Shown here piece after piece: positions 8,301 through 13,967 of a DNA stretch of 13,967 bases (its first letter is position 1; every line of letters begins with the position of its first letter). The notes beneath the pieces were generated by a model. The model did not search any database. It was given only the letters and a program-made list of their open reading frames with translations, and was not told where the DNA came from. The stretch lies in assembly GCA_000388065.2 (NCBI GenBank), contig KB932210.1, one strand, 5' to 3'. The translations under genes were made by a program, and so were the position numbers. The stretch comes from Fonticula alba ATCC 38817. Its lineage: Eukaryota > Protista > Nucleariida.

Positions 8301-11300
8301 GGCCACGGAGGCGCTGCAACACTCGCGCGTGCTCAACCACTCGAACCCCCTCTGCTGGGCCGGGCTCGGGTACCTGGCCACCCTGGCCCCGGGGACCATC
8401 GACATCGACCCGGTGTCGGCCCTGCTCCAGGCGTGCATCCTCTCGGAGCACCGGTTCCCGGACGCGGCCCGCCTGCTGGGCGGGCTGGTCCTGCGCCGGA
8501 TCCAGGGGCACTTCGCCCGGGATGCCAGCATGGCCGACCCCGACCCGCGGTACCGGCCGAACCTGGCCCGGGCCCTGCCCGGCAGCCTGCTGACGGCCAC
8601 CCTGCATGCCCTGCAGCGGGCCCTGGCCGCGGCGCCGGTGCCCCTGCCGGCCGCCGCCTCGGCCCCGGCCGCCGCCGTGCACTTTTCCTTCGCCCTGCTG
8701 GGCCTGGTGTCCGGCTGCCTCAATGAGTGGCGCGGCTTGCTGGAGGCCGCGGCCACCGGGTACCACCGGGCCGCCGGGGCGCTGGCCCTGGTCGGCCCGG
8801 CCCCCGGCCAGGCCCTTGCCGCCACCGTGGCCGCCACCCACCTGCGCCTCTTCGCCGACATGGGCCGCATCATGCTCCTGCTGGGGGATGCCCCGGGCGC
8901 GGCCGAGCACTATCGGCTGGCTCTCTTCGGCGCGGCCGGCGTCGCGCCGGACCCGGCCGCCCCGCTCCAGCCTCCGGCCCCGGAGCTCCTGCGCATCGAC
9001 CACATTGGCTGGCTGACCGGCCTCGGGCTGGCCTACTTCCGCCAGGGCCTGCTGGCCGAGTCGCTGCAGGCCTTCACCTCGGCCCACGCGCTGGCCCAGC
9101 TGCCTGCCATCCTGGCGTGCGTCCCCCCCCTCCCCCCCTCCCCCTCTTCCNNNNNNNNNNNNNNNNNNNNNNNNNNNNNNNNNNNNNNNNNNNNNNNNNN
9201 NNNNNNNNNNNNNNNNNNNNNNNNNNNNNNNNNNNNNNNNNNNNNNNNNNNNNNNNNNNNNNNNNNNNNNNNNNNNNNNNNNNNNNNNNNNNNNNNNNNN
9301 NNNNNNNNNNNNNNNNNNNNNNNNNNNNNNNNNNNNNNNNNNNNNNNNNNNNNNNNNNNNNNNNNNNNNNNNNNNNNNNNNNNNNNNNNNNNNNNNNNNN
9401 NNNNCCCCCCCGCTAACCCTTGGCACCCCGCCGCCCATCCAGATCCCACCCGAACGAGGCCTTCATCCAGAGCTCCGACGCCATGATCGCCCTGTCCATG
9501 GTCATGTATGCCATGAACCCGGCGGCCCCGACGGCCCCGCTGGACAATCTGTCTCTCATCGAGCAGGCCCTGGCCGCCAGCCGCCAGGGCCAGATGGCCG
9601 ACGACCAGCGCGTGGCCCTGCTGGCCGTGTGGCACCTGGCCCGGCTGACCCTGACAGCCATGCTCTTCGAAACCGGCGACATCGGCGGCGCGCGGGCCCA
9701 CCTGGATGCCCTGATCGCCGAGGCCCCGGGCGGCGACCAGCACCCCCCCTCCGGCCTGCTGTACCAGGTCCACCTGCAGATCCTGCGCGCGGCCGGGCCC
9801 GACGAGGTCGAGGCCTTCCTCCGGCGGGAGGCCTCCGGCCAGCTGGTCCCCCTGCGGTCGTCGCTGGATTTGGCGGCCCTCCTGTCGCACGAGGGCCGCA
9901 CCCCGGCCAAGCCCCTGCGCACCGTGGTCGACATCCTCCGGGACACGTACCAGCCCCCGGCCAGCGTGCTGCACCAGTTCAGCGTCAGCGCGTCGGAACA
10001 GTCGTCCGAGCTGAGCGCCACCGGGTCCGGCCCCGGGGCCTCGGCCTCGTCCATCTCCCTGGCCCTGCCCTCCTCCTCGCGGCTGCACCTGGCCGGTGGC
10101 GGGGGCTCCGACTCCGCCACATCGGACGGCCGCCACCCCGACACCGACCTCGACGCCTCCTCGGACTCCGACACCAAGCTCACCCCCCGGCGCAAGAAGA
10201 ACCTCACCACCATCGTCGGCCACCAGCAGGCCACGCTCATGCGTCTGTCCCGCGAGCAGCACCTCCCCCTGGCCGCCGGGGACTTCCTGCGCATTGGCCG
10301 CCTGCTGGCCCGGCACGCGCTGGGGGTGGCCTCCGCCGGCGCCCCGGCGCCCACCGGGGCCACCCTTGCCGACGTGTCGGCCAGCATCGATGCCGCCTCG
10401 CACCTGCTCAAGGCCAGGTGTGTGCTCGGCGCCTCCCTCCCGCTTTCTTTCGCGTTCTCTCGCTTTCTCTCGCTTTCTCTTGTTCTCTCTCTTGTTCTCT
10501 CTCTTGTTCTCTCTCTTGTTCTCTCTCTTGTTCTCTCTCTTGTTCTCTCTCTTGTTCTCTCTCTTCCTCTCCCTCTCCCCCTCTCTCCCTCTCTCGCTCT
10601 CCTTCTCTCCGCCTCCCGTCGCGGTCTTATCTGGCCACCTTGGCCCCATCCTCCCCCGCCCCTAACCCCACCTACCTCTCTTCCCCCGCGCCCTGTGTCT
10701 CGGCTCAGCCTCCGCCTCGCCCCGAGCAACACCCTCACCTGGGCGTCGCTTGTGGTGGCTGAGGACGCCCGCGTGCGGGTGGCCTTCGTGGTGGCCAAGG
10801 ACGCCGCCGCCCTGGAGGACCTGGCCTCGGCCAATGCCCAGCTGATTTCCCTGGCCACCACGGTCATCGGACGGCTGTCCACCGACGCCGAGCTCCCGGC
10901 CGACGAGGTCCTCGCCCTGCGCTGCCACTGCCAGCTGGTCTTGACCGAGGCGTACATCCGCAGGTACGCCCCATGGACCGGGCCTCATTCCCCGATGGGA
11001 GGCCATCTCGCTTTCCGCCCTCCCTCTCTTTTTTTCCTTCCTCCCCCCCCCCTCTCCCGCCCCCCGGCCACGACCGCATCCATGCAGATTCCGACGATCG
11101 GCCGCCATCCTGACCCCCCCCCCCCCCGCCCCCTGGCCCCGCTGCACCTCAGCTTCTCCCTGGCCCCGAGCGGCACGATCGCCGAGGACACCATCCGCGC
11201 CGTGGAGGTGGACCTGGCCGAGCAGCTCTTGACCCTGGCTGCCGGCCTCGCGGATGCCACCCAGCGCCTGGCCGTTGTCCTGGCCGCGCGGACCGGCGTG

Positions 11301-11844
11301 GCCCGGCTCCAGGCGGCCCGCGGCGACACCGAAGCCGCCCGAGGCACCCTGCACGCCCTGCTGGTCGAGCACGGGCAGCTGCCGGGCGCCGCCGACGCCT
11401 GGCTCTTCCTGGTGGAGATCTACCGGCAGCTGGGCATGATCTCGGCCGCCGAGGCGGTGGCCAACCTGTGGAAGGACCTCCAGCCTCGGCAGCAGCAGCA
11501 GCAGGACCCGGTGGCCAATGCGGCTCTGGTCCGCCTGGCCGCCCTCGACGGCATCCGCCTGAAGAGCATCCGCTCCATGGTGCGCCAGCGACCCGCTCGT
11601 CGGGGCTCTCTTTCTCCCTCCCCTACGCGCGCGCGCGCGCGCGCGCCCCATCAACCCTGCTGTCCTCCGTACTTACCCGCCATGTGGACCTACTTTCCCC
11701 TCCCTGCTTTGCGTGTCGCCATTTCCTTCCTCCCCCTCTTCCGCTTCTTCTTCCCTGCTCCGATCGCAGAAACTCCCCGGCCCGCTGGCGGCGCTCCTTC
11801 GCCGGAAGCCGACCCCCCAGGACGCGGCCCCGGCCAATCAGTAG
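3792..11844 (+). CDS. SKI3: SKI complex TPR scaffold subunit (superkiller protein 3 / TTC37 / SKIC3); 9 exons, about 2161 aa
   Basis: Exons: 3792..3899, 4092..4384, 4587..4707, 4791..5251, 5346..9116, 9443..10417, 10709..10963, 11153..11579, 11770..11844 (6486 nt, ending in TAG); all phases agree. Colinear matches to recalled human TTC37: DIKDVFKSARKAFDRGQLDDAVSGCNAILK ~ [53 protein letters not shown] ~ [37 protein letters not shown] ~ WAWLRRGLYYLKAG; LWKLAADIC ~ LWKLAGDAC; GCLNEWRGLLEAAATGYHRA ~ [38 protein letters not shown] ~ IQKAALLSPGDPAIWAGL; AWLFLVEIYRQLGMISAAE ~ AWQWLAHVYQSQGMMRAAE; KLPGPLAALL ~ KLCFCPLAVLL. Confidence 0.88.
4008..4027. repeat. (CG)10 palindrome in SKI3 intron 1, following a (CT)-rich tract
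   Basis: Read directly from the sequence. Confidence 0.9.
4455..4484. repeat. (CA)n(CG)7 alternating tract in SKI3 intron 2
   Basis: Read directly from the sequence. Confidence 0.85.
5286..5339 (+). repeat. Poly-C homopolymer (54 C) forming most of the 94-nt SKI3 intron 4
   Basis: Read directly; lies between the donor GTGCGT at 5252 and the acceptor CAG at 5343-5345. Confidence 0.9.
9151..9404. other. Assembly gap (254 N) inside SKI3 intron 5
   Basis: N run flanked by C-rich sequence. The donor at 9117 and acceptor at 9442 are both phase 2. Confidence 0.95.
10480..10563 (+). repeat. Tandem repeat (TTGTTCTCTCTC)x7 in SKI3 intron 6
   Basis: Seven exact 12-nt copies, preceded by degenerate CGCTTTCTCT 10-mers at 10441-10480. 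Confidence 0.92.
11626..11645. repeat. (CG)10 palindrome in SKI3 intron 8
   Basis: Read directly from the sequence. Confidence 0.9.
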
Positions 11845-11966
11845 CCTATCCGGGCGGCGGCGGCGCCTCCCTGCTGTTTCGCTGTGCTCCGGTGGCTGCG
11901 CCGTGCGCCTATCCACAGGCGCCCGAAGGCGCACAGCACCCAATACACATGCTCCCTCCTCGGGGG

Positions 11967-12013
11967 CAACAGCAACAGCAACAGCAACAACGACATCAAC
12001 GGGGGGGGGGGGG
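11967..12013 (+). repeat. (CAACAG)3-CAACAAC repeat followed by G13, between the convergent SKI3 and MESH1 stop codons
   Basis: Read directly from the sequence. Confidence 0.8.
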
Positions 12014-12065
12014 TCCATTTGTCGGGGTGCCTCGCGCGGCAGGGGCGCATGCCCCTCTTGTGGGC

Positions 12066-13434
12066 TCAGTTCCCCTGGGCCCGGTCGGCCATGGCCGCCG
12101 CGCGGTCTCCCTCATCGGTGAAGCCGTAGATGCCGATGTTCCGGAGGCGCTCGGCGGTCTCCGGGTCGAAGCAGCGGAACTCCCTCCCCTCCAGGGTGAT
12201 GGTGCTCTGCCAGATGTCATCCAGCAGGGCGTCCAGACGGGGATGCGTACCACGCATGCCTGTCGGCCGGGTGGCGGGCCAGCAAAGTGACGCGTGTCAG
12301 GCATGGGCTACATATGGGGGGGGGGGGGGGGGGACAGAGGGGCGTTCTTCCCTCCTTGCCTGCGCCCCGGAATGTGGACAAAGAAAACGACCCCACGTAC
12401 CGGCACACACGGCGTGCGACCAGGCGAAGTAGGCCAGCACGCGCTCGGCGCTCCAGGTCCGCGGCTGGTCCAGCAGCAGATCGCGCAGGTTGCTCACTTT
12501 GTCGGCCAGCTTCACCAGGCGCCCCTGTGAGGACGACATGCCGGGTGTGATGTGGCACGTTGTTCGCCGGTGTGTATATGTGTGTGTACGTATGTACGCG
12601 TTGTATATATGTTCACACATTCACACATATATGGCGCACGATGCCACGAGGAGGAGAACATCCAACGGGACATGCACCCCCGCGTGGGTGGGTTTCACAC
12701 AAGTGCACGGTCAGAGGGGGCGCCCCGCCGAGGCAGGCCAGACGGACATGACGCACCGGGTAGCTCTTCATCGGGCCCGACGTGATTTGGTCAAGCTTGC
12801 GATCGGACTTCGACAGGGCCGTGTTGCTGGTGGCCTCGTCGACCACCTTGCTGCGCGCGCGCGCGCGCGCGCACGTATGCCACCCGGGGAGAGAGAAAGA
12901 GAGAAAGCAAGCAGGTCAGCATCGGCACACCCAAGGGCCAGGCCACAAAAGGCGGGCACATCGACGCACGCCACCGAATCGCCGAAGTACAGGCGGATGT
13001 GGTCCAGGGTGAAGTCCGTGTCCTCGACTGTGCGATGTGTCGTCAGCATCAAGGGGGGCGAGAGGAAGGCAAGGGGGGGGGGGAGCCGGAAGGGGAGCCG
13101 GCCCGGCCAACCGGCAAAGGACCACGCGCCCAAGGCCGCGCGTCGTACCCACGTCATGCAGGATGCCCGCCAAAATCGCATCCTCATGCGCCGGGCGCCG
13201 GGACGCGTCACCATCCTCCAGGAGGCCCACCTCGCGCAGCAGGATCCCGGCCACATTCAGCGGGTGGTTGATGTACGGCGCGGCCTGGCGGTTCTTACGG
13301 GTCTGGCCCCGGTGCGCGAAGGCCGCCACCTCCGCCGCAAAGAGCAGCCGCGATTCAAACGGCTCGCCGGGCAGGCCGTAGTGCGACTTGCCGGCCGCCG
13401 GCACGAGGTACGACAGGGCGGGCGGGGGGTTCAT
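12066..13434 (-). CDS. MESH1: HD-domain small alarmone hydrolase: guanosine-3',5'-bis(diphosphate) 3'-pyrophosphohydrolase MESH1/HDDC3 (RelA/SpoT hydrolase family); 5 exons, 251 aa
   Basis: Minus-strand exons: 13434..13149, 13027..12970, 12850..12757, 12524..12401, 12259..12066 (756 nt, ending in TGA); donors GTACGA, GTGCGT, GTGCGT, GTACGT. The spliced product contains LLFAAEVAAFAHRGQTRK..PYINHPLNVAGIL..AGILHDVVEDTDFTLDHIRLYFG..KSDRKLDQI..GRLVKLADKVSNLRDL..WSAERVLAYFAW..GMRGTHPRLDALL. This is colinear with human MESH1 (AADFAARKHRQQRRK..PYINHP..LLHDTVEDTD..LVKLADKLYNLRDL..WSEHRVQEYFEW). The ATG at 13434 has A at -3. Confidence 0.93.
12853..12872. repeat. (GC)10 palindrome abutting the 3' splice site of MESH1 intron 2
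   Basis: The minus strand reads ...tacgt(gc)10ag|CAAG, with the acceptor AG at 12852-12851. Confidence 0.9.
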
Positions 13435-13967
13435 GATGTCGGGAAGAGCGAAGGACCAGCGGCGGCGTGACCGGGCAAGGCGGAGCGAGGGTGGGGAGGG
13501 GAAGGGGGGGGGGAACAACGGGAGCGCCACAAGCAAAGCAGGGGGCATCGAGCGACAGGGCGACCGGTGAAAGGGGGGGGGGGATGCCCCCGGGCCAGGA
13601 TGGCCGGTCTCCGGGCGAGGGCACCTGAAGAACCCCTGCCGTCGGTCTGGCCCCTCGCGCGGCTGCCTCTGCGGGGGGGGGGGGGAGCCCACGCCCGGCG
13701 CGATCGCTGCGGGCCTTGTTCACCCGCCCGCCTCGGCCGGCCTTCGCGCCCCGCCGCCCACGGACAAGTCCCGAACGCCGATCGATCGCGCAAGAGGCCG
13801 GGCACCATCACGCCGGAGGTGGCCGGTGCGCGTGCCGGCCACATGATACGCGCTTTGAAGACCTCCGTGGAAGGTCCCCCCTCCCTCGGGCAATATCTCG
13901 CCATATTTTATTCGTCGTTGTGCCGGGACCCGGGGCTCCGCTACGCGCGCCCTCGCTGGGGGGGGGG

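Noticed and set aside
9151-9404. Missing SKI3 exon hidden in the gap
   Set aside because: The flanking junctions are both phase 2, and the joined sequence (AESLQAFTSAHALAQLPAILASHPNEAFIQSSDAMIALS) tracks TTC37 without an obvious deletion. A small 3n exon cannot be excluded.
4770-9416. Alternative plus-frame ORFs overlapping SKI3 exon 5 (3' part of 4770..7628, 7902..8726, 8727..9416)
   Set aside because: Off-frame P/G/R-rich translations that stay open only because stop codons are rare in GC-rich DNA.
10441-10563. CRISPR-like array
   Set aside because: Head-to-tail 12-mers with no spacers, inside a eukaryotic intron.
2913-10957. Long minus-strand ORFs (2913..5348, 5374..7593, 7645..9438, 9033..10649, 9413..10957)
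   Set aside because: They are antisense shadows of the GC3-rich SKI3 coding sequence, with low-complexity G/R/A/Q products and no recognisable domain.
13149-13152. MESH1 donor directly after the HD codons (GTGGGT at 13152)
   Set aside because: There is no phase-compatible AG before TVED. The GTACGA donor at 13148 restores the canonical LHDVVEDTD motif.
3792-13434. Bacterial-type toxin-antitoxin or anti-phage system (TPR protein plus small alarmone hydrolase)
   Set aside because: Both genes are spliced eukaryotic orthologues in convergent orientation, and there is no alarmone synthetase in the window. The adjacency is most simply incidental.
1-13967. tRNA, rRNA or transposase genes
   Set aside because: I saw no cloverleaf with a T-loop, no rRNA motif and no transposase or reverse-transcriptase signature by eye. 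A tRNAscan-SE or Infernal run would be needed to exclude small ncRNAs.

Overview
This is GC-rich eukaryotic genomic DNA, not prokaryotic. It has two assembly gaps (N 1126-1210 and 9151-9404) and three spliced genes, which I rebuilt by hand from GT-AG junctions whose phases all agree. Gene 1 (336-2522, +) is a BAR-domain protein of the Gvp36/endophilin type with no SH3 domain. Its last exon contains an in-frame TAG (2277-2279) inside the predicted final BAR helix, and there is a candidate 33-nt micro-exon upstream. Gene 2 (3792-11844, +, 9 exons, about 2161 aa) is SKI3/TTC37, the TPR scaffold of the SKI complex. Gene 3 (13434-12066, -, 5 exons, 251 aa) is MESH1/HDDC3, an HD-domain small alarmone ((p)ppGpp/NADPH) hydrolase, convergent with SKI3. 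The introns share GTRCGY donors and mostly CTRAC branch points, often far from the acceptor AG, and contain poly-C, (CT)n and perfect (CG)n tracts. The gene set and style suggest a unicellular opisthokont, possibly Fonticula-like; this is an unverified inference. Most ORFs in the supplied track are GC-driven shadows. All homology calls come from recalled sequences, not from searches.
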